64,000 nucleotides of DNA from Campylobacteraceae bacterium (GCA_026993075.1 JALWUQ010000088.1:3700-67699), one strand, 5' to 3'. Counted from the stretch's first letter, positions 1-9,318 are shown. Numbers and translations: made by a program. The notes: a model not told the origin generated them from the sequence alone.

Positions 1-580
1 TATCTTTGAAATCATTTATACATTGTTGCAGATAAAGAGCAGTTGTCCCCGTACCGGAGGGCAAAAAAATTTTTAAATTTTTAAATTTTTTATTTTTTTT
101 AAATTCTATAATCTCTTGTGATAGTTTATTTATACCGTATCTTGAAGTTTCGCATCTTCCCCCTTCAGGAATGAAGAGAGTACTTCCAATCTTTTCTGTT
201 TTTGAGAGCAAATTTCTATTGTTTAGCAAAAGGCTGTATTTGCAAGTTTTAAAAAGATAAATCTTCATACCGTTATCGACAGCATATTTATAATTACCCA
301 CAGGGTTTAACTGTAAAAATTTAGGAATATGATCTGTATAATATTCAAAATCTATATTTTTATCTTTACACAAAACCGAGAGTGAATACATTGCATTTGA
401 TTGATTAGACCCAAATGAGACAATTTTTGTAATGCCACATAAGCCGTTATCAAGAAAGTATAAAAATTTTCTTGCCTTATTACCAGAAAAATCGGTACTT
501 AAAAGATCATCTCTTTTTATAAATATATCAAAATCTAAATAATTTATCTTTTGAATTGGAGAATTTTCAATTTTTATCAA
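1..580 (-). CDS. PLP-dependent enzyme, ACC deaminase / D-cysteine desulfhydrase family (C-terminal part runs off the window)
   Basis: Absent from the ORF track because there is no in-window stop. My reverse-strand translation reads ...DFDIFIKRDDLLSTDFSGNKARKFLYFLDNG...VSFGSNQSNAMYS...IPEGG...LPSGTGTTALYLQQCINDFKD, which carries the KRDD..GNK.RK and GTGTT signatures of this family. The start is tentatively TTG at 580-578, overlapping the fba stop, and is uncertain. Confidence 0.6.
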   Translation of the reverse strand, partial: MIKIENSPIQKINYLDFDIFIKRDDLLSTDFSGNKARKFLYFLDNGLCGITKIVSFGSNQSNAMYSLSVLCKDKNIDFEYYTDHIPKFLQLNPVGNYKYAVDNGMKIYLFKTCKYSLLLNNRNLLSKTEKIGSTLFIPEGGRCETSRYGINKLSQEIIEFKKNKKFKNLKIFLPSGTGTTALYLQQCINDFKD

Positions 581-1643
581 TACAGCCTAAATCCTTAAAA
601 GCACCCACCAATCTTTCTTTCATTGATATTTCACCAGCTCTTAAAAGTTTTCTCGGATCATAATAGCTTTTATTTGGCTTATCTTCACCTTCAGGATTTC
701 CTATTTGAGATTTTAAATAATCACGATTTTGATGTATATATTTTGTAACTCCATTACAAAATGCCCATTGTGTGTCTGTGTCTATATTCATTTTAACAAC
801 ACCATAATTAACAGCTTCTGTAATCTCTTGTTTTGTAGAACCACTTCCTCCATGAAAAACAAAGTTAACTGGCTTATTATCTGTTTTAAACTTTTTCTCT
901 ATATATCTTTGAGAATTATCTAAAATTTTTGGAGTAAGTACAACATTGCCCGGCTTATAAACGCCGTGAACATTTCCAAAAGAAGCGGCTATTGTAAATT
1001 TATCACTGATTTGGCTGAGTCTCTCATAAGCTATAGCCACATCTTCAGGCTGAGTGTAAAGCTTGGAATTATCAATATCGCTATGATCAATACCATCTTC
1101 TTCACCACCTGTAACTCCAAGTTCAATCTCTAAAGTCATATCAATCGCACTCATTCTTTTTAAATATCTTTCACAAGTTGCAATATTTTCTTCCAAAGAT
1201 TCAACGGATAAATCAATCATGTGTGAACTAAACAAAGGTTTACCAAGTTTGTTGAAATGTTCAGAGCCTGCATCTAACAAAGCATCAATCCAAGGTAATA
1301 ATTTTCTATTTGCGTGATCTGTATGTAAAACAACAGGAATTCCGTATGCTTCTGCAATGGTATGGATATACATCGCACCGCCAATGGCACCTAAAATGGA
1401 GGCTTTTGAAGAATTTAGAGATTTTCCTGCGAAAAAACCTGCACCACCATTTGAAAATTGTATGATTATTGGCGAATTAACTTCTCTTGCAGATTCCAAT
1501 GCAGCGTTTATTGAGTTTGTTCCTACAACATTAACCGCTGGAAGGGCAAACTTTTGCTCTTTTGCAAGAGCAAAAAGTTTTTGCAAATTCTCTCCAGAAA
1601 CTATGCCTGTATCTATCAAATCCAAAACTTTCTTAGCATCCAT
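567..1643 (-). CDS. fba: Fructose-bisphosphate aldolase, class II
   Basis: 358-aa ORF with a typical class II FBA N-terminus (FALPAVNVVGTNSINAALESA..., SPIIIQFSNGGA) and HTDH and GVYKPGNV motifs. Confidence 0.93.
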   Translation of the reverse strand: MDAKKVLDLIDTGIVSGENLQKLFALAKEQKFALPAVNVVGTNSINAALESAREVNSPIIIQFSNGGAGFFAGKSLNSSKASILGAIGGAMYIHTIAEAYGIPVVLHTDHANRKLLPWIDALLDAGSEHFNKLGKPLFSSHMIDLSVESLEENIATCERYLKRMSAIDMTLEIELGVTGGEEDGIDHSDIDNSKLYTQPEDVAIAYERLSQISDKFTIAASFGNVHGVYKPGNVVLTPKILDNSQRYIEKKFKTDNKPVNFVFHGGSGSTKQEITEAVNYGVVKMNIDTDTQWAFCNGVTKYIHQNRDYLKSQIGNPEGEDKPNKSYYDPRKLLRAGEISMKERLVGAFKDLGCIDKN

Positions 1644-1659
1644 TTTAGCTCCTAAATTT

Positions 1660-2478
1660 TTAGAATATTTTCACTTTTGCATGAGCTCTTAACTTTTTAG
1701 CTATCGCTCTGACATTTTTTTGAAATTCTACTATTTTTAACTGAGATTTTATCCTATTTTTTACATTTGCAAAAGAAACTTCTTTTCCACCTCTTTTTGC
1801 TTCAACATATATAACATGATATCCAAACTGAGTTTTTACAGGAGTTTTTGTGTATTGTCCTTTTTTTAAAGCGAATGCAGCATTTGCAAATGGAGGAACC
1901 ATTCTGTTTTTAGGAAACCATCCAAGTTGTCCGCCGTTTTTTCCAGTAGGTCCGACAGATTTTGTTTTTGCAAGCTCTATAAATTTCTTTTCAAGTTTTT
2001 TTCCACTTAATCCTTTTAATTGTGCTATAACGGCCTCAGCTTGTTTTTTTGTTTTTAAAAGTATATGTCTTGCTTCAACTTCAGGCGGTTGTATAAATTT
2101 ACTTGGATTTTCGGTGTAAAATTTCTTAGCTTCCTTATCTGTCACTTTTGCTTGATTGTATTTTTCTTTCATCCATGTTTCTAATGCTAAGTCATTTTTT
2201 AATTTAGCTAAAGCATTCTTGAAAGCTTGTGTTTTTTCAATACCGTCTTTTATGGCTTTTTTTGCCAAAAGTTTACTGTCAATCGCTTGATTTAATACTT
2301 TTTTTTGTGTTATAGCAGGTAGTTTGCTAAAATCAATCCTTGGATTTCTAATAACCATAGCAATATCACTTGCTGTAATATTGGTACCATTGACTGTTGC
2401 ATAAACCTTTTCAGCCGCTAAACTTGAAGTAGTTAGAACAACTGTTGCGGCAACTACACTTAAAATAATCTTTCTCAT
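1660..2478 (-). CDS. Periplasmic parvulin-type peptidyl-prolyl isomerase/chaperone (SurA/PpiC family, PEB4-like)
   Basis: Signal peptide (MRKIILSVVAATVVLTTSSLAA) and a C-terminal parvulin domain (ARHILL...GGQLGWF...FGYHVIYV). Confidence 0.8.
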   Translation of the reverse strand: MRKIILSVVAATVVLTTSSLAAEKVYATVNGTNITASDIAMVIRNPRIDFSKLPAITQKKVLNQAIDSKLLAKKAIKDGIEKTQAFKNALAKLKNDLALETWMKEKYNQAKVTDKEAKKFYTENPSKFIQPPEVEARHILLKTKKQAEAVIAQLKGLSGKKLEKKFIELAKTKSVGPTGKNGGQLGWFPKNRMVPPFANAAFALKKGQYTKTPVKTQFGYHVIYVEAKRGGKEVSFANVKNRIKSQLKIVEFQKNVRAIAKKLRAHAKVKIF

Positions 2479-2536
2479 ATTTATCCTTTTTAAAATTTTT
2501 TAAAATTATACATAAAAAAAGTAACTCTAAAGTTAA

Positions 2537-3250
2537 TCAACTCATATTATGATATACATTTTCAACATCATCGTTTTCTTCTAAAACATCTATAAGTCTC
2601 TCAACTTTCAAAGCCACTTCATCCTCAACATCTACTTCATTATTTGCAACCAATCCTACTGAGCTTTCAAGAATATTAACATCAAGTTTTTCAATAGCCT
2701 GTAAAAGCTCGTTAAAGTCACCTGGCTCTGACTCAAGTAAAATAAAATCATCAAATTCTTTTATATCACTTGCACCATTGTCCATAGCTATTTCCATAAT
2801 CTCATCATCCAAATCACTTTTTTCAATGGTAATGATACCTTTTTTATCAAACATCCAAGCTACACAGCCACTCTCACCCATGCTTCCGCTATTTTTAGAA
2901 AAAGCATGTCTTATGCTTGCAACTGTTCTATTCTTATTATCTGTTAGGCATTCTACCATTATGGCTACCCCGTTTGGCCCATAACCTTCATAAGTTATTT
3001 CATCATAATGAACGCCTTGAAGATTGCCTGTTGCTTTATCTATTGCTCGTTGTATATTTGATGCGGGCATGGAAACTGCTTTTGCTCTTTCAACAGCAAG
3101 TCTAAGTGCAGCATTTGCTTCAAGGTCTCCACCACCGGATCTGGCTGCTGTGGTAATGTCTTTAATAGCTTTTGTAAAAGTTTTACCTTTTATGGCATCT
3201 TGTTTTGCCTTGACATGTTTTATTTTTGACCATTTATTGTGACCGGACAT
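2537..3250 (-). CDS. yebC: YebC/PmpR family DNA-binding transcriptional regulator
   Basis: Canonical N-terminus [21 protein letters not shown] and a length of 237 aa. Confidence 0.9.
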   Translation of the reverse strand: MSGHNKWSKIKHVKAKQDAIKGKTFTKAIKDITTAARSGGGDLEANAALRLAVERAKAVSMPASNIQRAIDKATGNLQGVHYDEITYEGYGPNGVAIMVECLTDNKNRTVASIRHAFSKNSGSMGESGCVAWMFDKKGIITIEKSDLDDEIMEIAMDNGASDIKEFDDFILLESEPGDFNELLQAIEKLDVNILESSVGLVANNEVDVEDEVALKVERLIDVLEENDDVENVYHNMS

Positions 3251-3357
3251 TTACTTCCTTTATAAATTTGGACTGATTATACACAATAAATCTTTAAAAT
3301 ATTGTAAATTTTATAATAAACTTGTTACAATACAATAAAAAAAGAGAAGGAACAATA

Positions 3358-4386
3358 TTGCAAACAAAAAGAGTAAAACAAGCAATCGAGGATATAAAAT
3401 CAGGTAAAATGGTTATTATGGTGGATGATGAGGATAGAGAAAATGAAGGGGATTTGGTGTATGCTGGAACTTTTTCTACTCCTGAAAAAGTTAATTTTAT
3501 GGCAAGTTATGCAAAAGGTCTTATATGTGTTTCTGTTTCCAAAGAAATATCAGACAGATTAAATCTTTCACCAATGGTTAGTAACAATGACTCTCAGCAT
3601 GAGACTGCTTTTACAGTAACCGTTGATGCTAGGGAGTGTACAACAGGAATTTCCGCTTATGAGAGAGACATGACTATAAAAGTACTATCTGATTATAACT
3701 CTAAAGCACATGACTTAGTAAGACCAGGACATATTTTTCCACTTATTGCAAAAGAGGGAGGTGTGCTTGTAAGGACCGGCCATACCGAAGGATCTATAGA
3801 CATATGCAAAATGGCAGGGGTTTCACAAGTAGCAGTTATTTGCGAAATTATGAAAGATAATGGTAGAATGGCTAGACGAAATGATTTGGAAATTTTTGCA
3901 AAAGAATATGGTTTAAACATTGTATACATATCAGATTTGGTTGAATATAGATTGCAAAATGAGTCTCTCGTAAGGGAAATAGCTGAAGCGAGAGTTGATT
4001 TTTTAGGAAGCGAAGTGAAAAAGATTGATTATATTGACCATAGAGATTCTCACCATATAGTATACCAATTTGGTTTACTGAAAGAAACATCAAATGTCAG
4101 ATTTCAAAATATAGGTTTAGACATTTCATTATTATCAAATACTAATAAATATAATAATGTAATTAATTCTATAAAATATTTGCAAAAAAATGGGGGCTTG
4201 CTTATATTTTTAGAAAAAGAAGAGCATAAAAATCCTTATATGAAAGAATATGGTATAGGAGCTGGAATACTCAAAGATATGGGGGTAAAAAATATAAGAT
4301 TACTTGTTGGTAAAAAAGGTGTAGAATTTGTAGGTCTTAGTGGTTTTGGTTTAAATGTGGAAAAAGAGATAGAGATTGGCTCATAA
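3358..4386 (+). CDS. ribBA: 3,4-dihydroxy-2-butanone-4-phosphate synthase fused to a degenerate GTP cyclohydrolase II-like domain
   Basis: RibB motifs are present (VDDEDRENEGDL, TGISA.ER, RPGHIFPL, VLVRTGHTE). The ORF track starts at TTG 3322, but TTG 3358 follows an AGAAGGAA Shine-Dalgarno and is preferred. The C-terminal half contains no cysteine. Confidence 0.85.
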   Translation: MQTKRVKQAIEDIKSGKMVIMVDDEDRENEGDLVYAGTFSTPEKVNFMASYAKGLICVSVSKEISDRLNLSPMVSNNDSQHETAFTVTVDARECTTGISAYERDMTIKVLSDYNSKAHDLVRPGHIFPLIAKEGGVLVRTGHTEGSIDICKMAGVSQVAVICEIMKDNGRMARRNDLEIFAKEYGLNIVYISDLVEYRLQNESLVREIAEARVDFLGSEVKKIDYIDHRDSHHIVYQFGLLKETSNVRFQNIGLDISLLSNTNKYNNVINSIKYLQKNGGLLIFLEKEEHKNPYMKEYGIGAGILKDMGVKNIRLLVGKKGVEFVGLSGFGLNVEKEIEIGS

Positions 4387-4770
4387 GTGAAAATAAGAGT
4401 CTATTATGAAGATACTGATGCAGGTGGTATCGTTTATCACAGCAAATATATAAATTTTTGCGAAAGAGCAAGAAGTGAACTTCTTTTTCAAAAAGGATTA
4501 TCACCTAAAAATGGTAACTCTTTTTTTGTTGTCAGAGATTTAAATGCGAGATTTTATAAAAGTGCAACTCTTGGTGAAATACTTGAAGTTGTTACTAAAA
4601 TTGATAAAATCAATAAAGTCAGTATGGATTTGATACAAGAAATTTATAATGCAAAACAGACACTAATTTTTAAGATGAATATTAAATTGGTATATATAAA
4701 AAATTTAAAACCTTCCAAAATGGATGACAATATTCTTATGATTTTAAAAACATACTTTGAAGGTCCATAA
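4387..4770 (+). CDS. ybgC: Acyl-CoA thioesterase, YbgC/4HBT family
   Basis: The N-terminus IRVYYEDTDAGGIVYHSKYINF.ERAR is the YbgC hot-dog fold signature. GTG start directly after the ribBA stop. Confidence 0.8.
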   Translation: MKIRVYYEDTDAGGIVYHSKYINFCERARSELLFQKGLSPKNGNSFFVVRDLNARFYKSATLGEILEVVTKIDKINKVSMDLIQEIYNAKQTLIFKMNIKLVYIKNLKPSKMDDNILMILKTYFEGP

Positions 4771-4828
4771 CAATCTTTATTTTGCCAAATTATGAGATAA
4801 AATAGAAACGACCGAGATTTCAGCTAAT

Positions 4829-6046
4829 TTAATTATTAAAAATATCTATCTCTTTAAAACTTGATTTTGTAGGTTTTACTATGGATATATTGTAATTTAC
4901 CTGATTATTTATGATATTTTCATTAAATAATCTTTTTGCATTATTATTAAAATATAGTGTATATATATAATCTATCCCAATTGAAGTGGAATAGTTAATC
5001 CAATCAAACAAGATATTATTACCTAAAAGTTTATTGATTGCAAGTAAGTTGGTATCACTTTTACCAATAGAATTTGCTATATAAAAATTTTTTCTATCAT
5101 CATATTGAGTTAAGCTTAGAAGAAGAGGATTGTAATTGATTTGTGTTGAAAAAAGTGCATAAGGCAAAATCCCGTAAAATCTAAATTGTGATGATAAAAG
5201 ACTTGTTTTTACTAAAGGAGTATTTAAAAAGACAGAACTGTTTGTTAATCTTCTGTTGTATCTTAAAATAGATCTAAAATTACTTTGAGACTGCGGTATA
5301 ACTTTTTGATAAACTATCCTTTTATCGCTGTTTTGGAGATAACTACTTAGTTTATAACCTATGGAGCTTTCATCTGAAAAAATAGCAATTCTGTCATTTG
5401 TCAAAGATAATAATTTGTCAATTTGCTTTTTATAATTGATACCGCCAAAGATAAAATTTGTATTATTTCCGGAAAATTCAATTTTATTTATTGTAGGGAT
5501 ATAAAATATTAAAGAAGTTTTGATTTGTGATAGATTGTTTACACCTTTTATAGTAAAAGGAGCAATTACAAAGCTGTACCCACTTTCTTGTATCTTTTTT
5601 ACAGACTCCTTTATCAGTGGTAGAGTTTCATTTTTACAGTTAAAAAGTTCGAATTTAAAATTAATATTTCTATCTAAAAGATAAGCAATAATTGAATTGG
5701 CTGTACTTATGGCATATCTACCGATAACTTGTTTAGGAATCATTAATGCTATTGATAATTCTTGTGTAGTAACTAATTGTCGAATATTTAAAGACTCTTT
5801 TAGTATTTTATAGCTTGAGGAAAGGTTTGCATCTGTATTATTTTTGTCATAGTAAGCTAAAAAAGAAAATACCTTCCCATTTTGAAGAAAAGTTCTCAAG
5901 CAAACTGTATCACAATTTTTTACACCAAGATTTATAACATGAGTACCCGGCAATGGCAAGGTTGACAAATATAGACTTTTAGCAAAGATTACCTGACTTG
6001 AGATAAAAAATAATAACAATACAATAAATTTCAAAAAAAACTCCAT
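4829..6046 (-). CDS. Hypothetical secreted/periplasmic protein, N/I/S-rich (possibly a type-1 periplasmic-binding-protein-like fold)
   Basis: 405-aa ORF with an N-terminal signal/anchor (FIVLLLFFISSQVIFA). I recognise no catalytic motif. The alternating beta-alpha pattern is only weakly reminiscent of LivK/LpoA-type folds. Confidence 0.5.
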   Translation of the reverse strand: MEFFLKFIVLLLFFISSQVIFAKSLYLSTLPLPGTHVINLGVKNCDTVCLRTFLQNGKVFSFLAYYDKNNTDANLSSSYKILKESLNIRQLVTTQELSIALMIPKQVIGRYAISTANSIIAYLLDRNINFKFELFNCKNETLPLIKESVKKIQESGYSFVIAPFTIKGVNNLSQIKTSLIFYIPTINKIEFSGNNTNFIFGGINYKKQIDKLLSLTNDRIAIFSDESSIGYKLSSYLQNSDKRIVYQKVIPQSQSNFRSILRYNRRLTNSSVFLNTPLVKTSLLSSQFRFYGILPYALFSTQINYNPLLLSLTQYDDRKNFYIANSIGKSDTNLLAINKLLGNNILFDWINYSTSIGIDYIYTLYFNNNAKRLFNENIINNQVNYNISIVKPTKSSFKEIDIFNN

Positions 6047-6087
6047 AAATTATATGAATTGATATTATATCCAATTTTTGTTTGATA

Positions 6088-6168
6088 TAACTGACTTTAT
6101 GCACTTTTTTCTCGAAAACTCCTACTATTCGTAACTTCAAGGGAGTTGTAAGAACTTAAGGTCGGTTA
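6088..6168. repeat. MITE-like intergenic repeat, copy A (terminal inverted repeats TAACTGACTTTA...TAAGGTCGGTTA)
   Basis: Its first 70 nt align by hand, with one 1-nt gap, to 58946-59014 (about 59 identical positions). Its termini match 46559-46588. The right terminus TTA supplies the stop codon of the minus-strand UDG gene. Confidence 0.75.
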
Positions 6169-6834
6169 TAATAAATTTTTTACTTTTTTCATATCTAAAA
6201 AAACGAATTTTTTAGCAGATGGATTTCTTAGTAAATAACTAGGATGAAAAGTAGGTATAATTTTTATATTATTTAATTCGATAATTTCTCCTCTAATCTT
6301 TGAAATAGGAGTTTTGTCGCCAGTTAGATATCTGTATGCAGTTGCACCTAATGTTACTATGATTTTAGGATTTATTATATCTATCTCTTTCAATAGATAT
6401 GGCAGGCACTCATTAGATTCTTCTTGTGTCGGCACTCTATTGTTTGGAGGCCTGCATTTTACAATATTTGATATATAAACTTCCTCTCTTTGTAATTCTA
6501 AAACATTTTCTATTATTTTTACCAGCAAATCTCCAGCTCTGCCGACAAAAGGCCTTCCTGTTTCATCTTCACTGACACCCGGGCCTTCTCCTATAAAAAA
6601 TAAGGAGGAGTTAATATCTCCTTCTCCAAAGACAGTATTTTTTCTTGTTTTTGACAATGTGCAAAGATGACAGTTTAAGACGGTATTTTTCAATTTATTT
6701 ATTGAATTTGGAAGAGAATTAGATATTTGCATATCTGTCTGTTTGATATTTTTTATATCATTAAAATACTCTAATCCCAATGATTGATAAGTATATAATT
6801 CTTTTAGCAATCTTAACTTTTTTAATTCTTTCAT
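6166..6834 (-). CDS. Uracil-DNA glycosylase, family 4
   Basis: CHLC...VFGEGD...FFIGEGPG..ED..G.PFVG.AG.LL and a C-terminal HPS motif are typical of family-4 UDG. Confidence 0.85.
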   Translation of the reverse strand: MKELKKLRLLKELYTYQSLGLEYFNDIKNIKQTDMQISNSLPNSINKLKNTVLNCHLCTLSKTRKNTVFGEGDINSSLFFIGEGPGVSEDETGRPFVGRAGDLLVKIIENVLELQREEVYISNIVKCRPPNNRVPTQEESNECLPYLLKEIDIINPKIIVTLGATAYRYLTGDKTPISKIRGEIIELNNIKIIPTFHPSYLLRNPSAKKFVFLDMKKVKNLL

Positions 6835-6965
6835 TTAGAAATTTCTTTTTAGAGATATTAAGCTTATATAAAATATTAGAATCTAAAGTATGTTTTTAGA
6901 TTTTAAACTCTATTTAAAATAACGATACTGAACCCTCCATCTTTTTAAAGACAGAGGATATATTT

Positions 6966-7358
6966 TTATTCTGTTACTTCTACTACTTTTGGATCACTTT
7001 CCCAGACACCATGCTTTGTACAATAACTTTGAGCAACCAAAGTCATTTTTTTACCTTGAGGCTTGATTTTAAAAGTTACTTCGGCATGACCTTTTTCACC
7101 TTGTCCACCTAAAGTTCCTGCGACAAAATCAGCTCTGGCTAAAAGAGTTTCTTTATTATACAAAGACATATTTGCAATATAATGATCAAAATCATCAGGG
7201 TGAGTGTATTCGTTTCCTACTTTTACAGTTACTTCAAATACATCAGAACTTTTAGCTGTATCAGCACAATGGATAAACGGGGAATGTCTGTCAATATAAT
7301 CTTTTTTTGACTCTCTTTCAACAGTATCTATATCAACATATCTATTTATTTTTGGCAT
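6966..7358 (-). CDS. Superoxide reductase (desulfoferrodoxin ferrous-iron-binding domain family)
   Basis: Candidate iron ligand motifs are present: DRHSPFI (cf. KHVP.I), HPDDFDHYI (cf. HPM...H.I) and SYCTKHGVWES (cf. C.LHGLWE). Confidence 0.8.
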   Translation of the reverse strand: MPKINRYVDIDTVERESKKDYIDRHSPFIHCADTAKSSDVFEVTVKVGNEYTHPDDFDHYIANMSLYNKETLLARADFVAGTLGGQGEKGHAEVTFKIKPQGKKMTLVAQSYCTKHGVWESDPKVVEVTE

Positions 7359-7415
7359 TTTATAACTCCTTTTTTTAATGTGAGTTATTATATCTTTATT
7401 ATTCTTATATTATTA

Positions 7416-7448
7416 ATATAAATAGGATATAAAATATCCTATTTATAT
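7416..7448. terminator. 33-nt perfect palindrome (15-bp arms, 3-nt loop) between the sdh/frd operon end and the SOR gene start
   Basis: ATATAAATAGGATAT-AAA-ATATCCTATTTATAT read directly. It lies 5 nt after the sdhE-like stop on the minus strand. There is no clean U-tract, so it may be a terminator, an RNA stabiliser or an operator. Confidence 0.45.
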
Positions 7449-7452
7449 ATAT

Positions 7453-8331
7453 TTAAAGAAAAGTAACCTCACTTACATTGTGATCCAATCCAAGTGCATC
7501 AGGTGTGATACCCAAAGCTAAACCAATCATTTGTGGCAAGTGAAGTACTGGCATGTTGACATCCCTTCCAATTTCTTTTGATATGTTATGTTGTTGAACA
7601 TCAAGTCTCAAATGACAAAGAGGGCAGGGAGTTACAACAACATCAGCATCATTATCCATAGCATCAAGCATTGCATCACCTGAGAGTTTGTTCGCAGTTT
7701 TTGGGGCTTGAAGCTCAACATGGAAGCCACAGCATTTATTTTTGTGTGCATAGTTTACACTATTGCCTCCCAAAGCAGATATTAATCTCTCCATAGAATT
7801 TGGTACATAAGGATTCTCGCCTCCATTATTATTTTTATGAAGAGAGCTTGGTCTGATATTATGGCATCCATAAAATGGAGCAATATTTAAATTTTTCAAT
7901 GGCTTTGTAACTTTTTCTGCTATGGCATCAACTCCAATATCATCTATAATTGCATATAAGAAGTGCTTAACATCAGAAGTACCTTTATACTCTAGTCCAA
8001 CTTCAGATAATTTTTGATTTACTTTTGATTTCAACGATTCGTCATTATCAAGTTTTTCTTTTGTTAGAGAAGTATTTAGCTGACAGGTATTGCATATTGT
8101 AACCATTGTTAATCCAAGTTTTTCAGCATAACATATATTTCTGGTATTTAGTGTTAGAGATAAAAATTCATCAAAATCTTGCAAATGACCAGCGCCACAA
8201 CAACTTGCTTCTTCCAGGATTATAAGCTCTATATCAAGTGCTCTAGCCACAGCCATAGTTGACTTTAAGAGTTCCGGGGTGCTTTCCTTTGCAGTACATC
8301 CTGTGTATAATGCATATTTTAATTTACTCAT
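7453..8331 (-). CDS. sdhE: Succinate dehydrogenase/fumarate reductase type-E third subunit (CCG-domain, HdrB-like)
   Basis: Two cysteine-rich CCG-type motifs (ASCCGAG..., KCCGFH...PCPLCH), no TM helices, and a position downstream of the flavoprotein and Fe-S subunits. Confidence 0.8.
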   Translation of the reverse strand: MSKLKYALYTGCTAKESTPELLKSTMAVARALDIELIILEEASCCGAGHLQDFDEFLSLTLNTRNICYAEKLGLTMVTICNTCQLNTSLTKEKLDNDESLKSKVNQKLSEVGLEYKGTSDVKHFLYAIIDDIGVDAIAEKVTKPLKNLNIAPFYGCHNIRPSSLHKNNNGGENPYVPNSMERLISALGGNSVNYAHKNKCCGFHVELQAPKTANKLSGDAMLDAMDNDADVVVTPCPLCHLRLDVQQHNISKEIGRDVNMPVLHLPQMIGLALGITPDALGLDHNVSEVTFL

Positions 8332-8340
8332 ATTCTTTCC

Positions 8341-9318
8341 TTAAAAATCAACTGTTGAACTAATTTCAACGAGTTTTTTAATTTCATCCATATTTTTGGA
8401 TTTTGGCATATTCCAAGGCATAACTATCTTGCCTTTTTTCCACATAGTGTAAGCTTCGGGCAAATGTTTTAAAACTCCTATGCTTCCTTCGCTGTATCTT
8501 ACCAATTCTCCTTCATCTAATATTCCATGTTTTTTAATAGAAGATTTAAAGCCAACTGCATGTCTTGTTGCAACATTATTGATTGCTTTGTTATTTTGGA
8601 ATATTTGATTGTGAAGTTTCCCTATTTTGCTTATAGGTGAGAGATCTTTAGGACAAGCCTCTGCACACTCATAACACTTAACGCAATCCCAAACTCCTGC
8701 ACCAGGCTCATTTACAATATCCAGCCTTTCATTTTTTGCATTATCTCTTATGTCTGCATTAAATCTAAAAGCTTTTAGTAGGGCTGCTGGTCCAAGATAC
8801 TCATCGTTTACTTTAACAGAAGGGCAGGCGTAAAAACAATTTCCACATTGAATACAATAATCAGACTCATCTAACAAATCTACCTCTTCTTGCGAAATAA
8901 TATTTTCATGTTTTGGATGATTGTTTATTTCTGCCACTAAAAATGGTTTTACCTTGGAGTATTTTTGCCAAAAGTTCTTTTTGTTAATCACCATATCTTT
9001 AACAGCTCTTTTTTCATCTTGAGGCTCAAGAACTAACTCATTTCCATACATATCAATCAAATTAAAAACATTTTCCGTACAAGAAAGTACAGGTTTTTGA
9101 TTTACTTTTATAGCACAGCTTCCACAAATTCCATGTCTGCAACTCCTTCTATAACTGAAACTGCCATCAAACTCCCACTTAATTCTATTTAAAATATCTA
9201 AAATCACCTCATCTTGTGCAACTTCCATTTCATACTTTAAATAATATGGTAAATGGTCCGTTTCTTGATTAAATCTAAAGACTTTAAATATTACCTTTCT
9301 TTTTGTATGTTCTCTCAT
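8341..9318 (-). CDS. sdhB: Succinate dehydrogenase/fumarate reductase iron-sulfur subunit
   Basis: 2Fe-2S motif (SCRHGICGSCA) and two ferredoxin-type Cys clusters (CIQCGNCFYACP, CVKCYECAEACP). Confidence 0.9.
   Translation of the reverse strand: MREHTKRKVIFKVFRFNQETDHLPYYLKYEMEVAQDEVILDILNRIKWEFDGSFSYRRSCRHGICGSCAIKVNQKPVLSCTENVFNLIDMYGNELVLEPQDEKRAVKDMVINKKNFWQKYSKVKPFLVAEINNHPKHENIISQEEVDLLDESDYCIQCGNCFYACPSVKVNDEYLGPAALLKAFRFNADIRDNAKNERLDIVNEPGAGVWDCVKCYECAEACPKDLSPISKIGKLHNQIFQNNKAINNVATRHAVGFKSSIKKHGILDEGELVRYSEGSIGVLKHLPEAYTMWKKGKIVMPWNMPKSKNMDEIKKLVEISSTVDF

Noticed and set aside
61-110. Extreme A/T low-complexity run with repeated TTTTTAAA units
   Set aside because: It falls within the reverse-strand reading frame of the truncated PLP-enzyme gene, where it encodes a K/N-rich loop (FKKNKKFKNLKIF). 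There is no evidence for a separate element.
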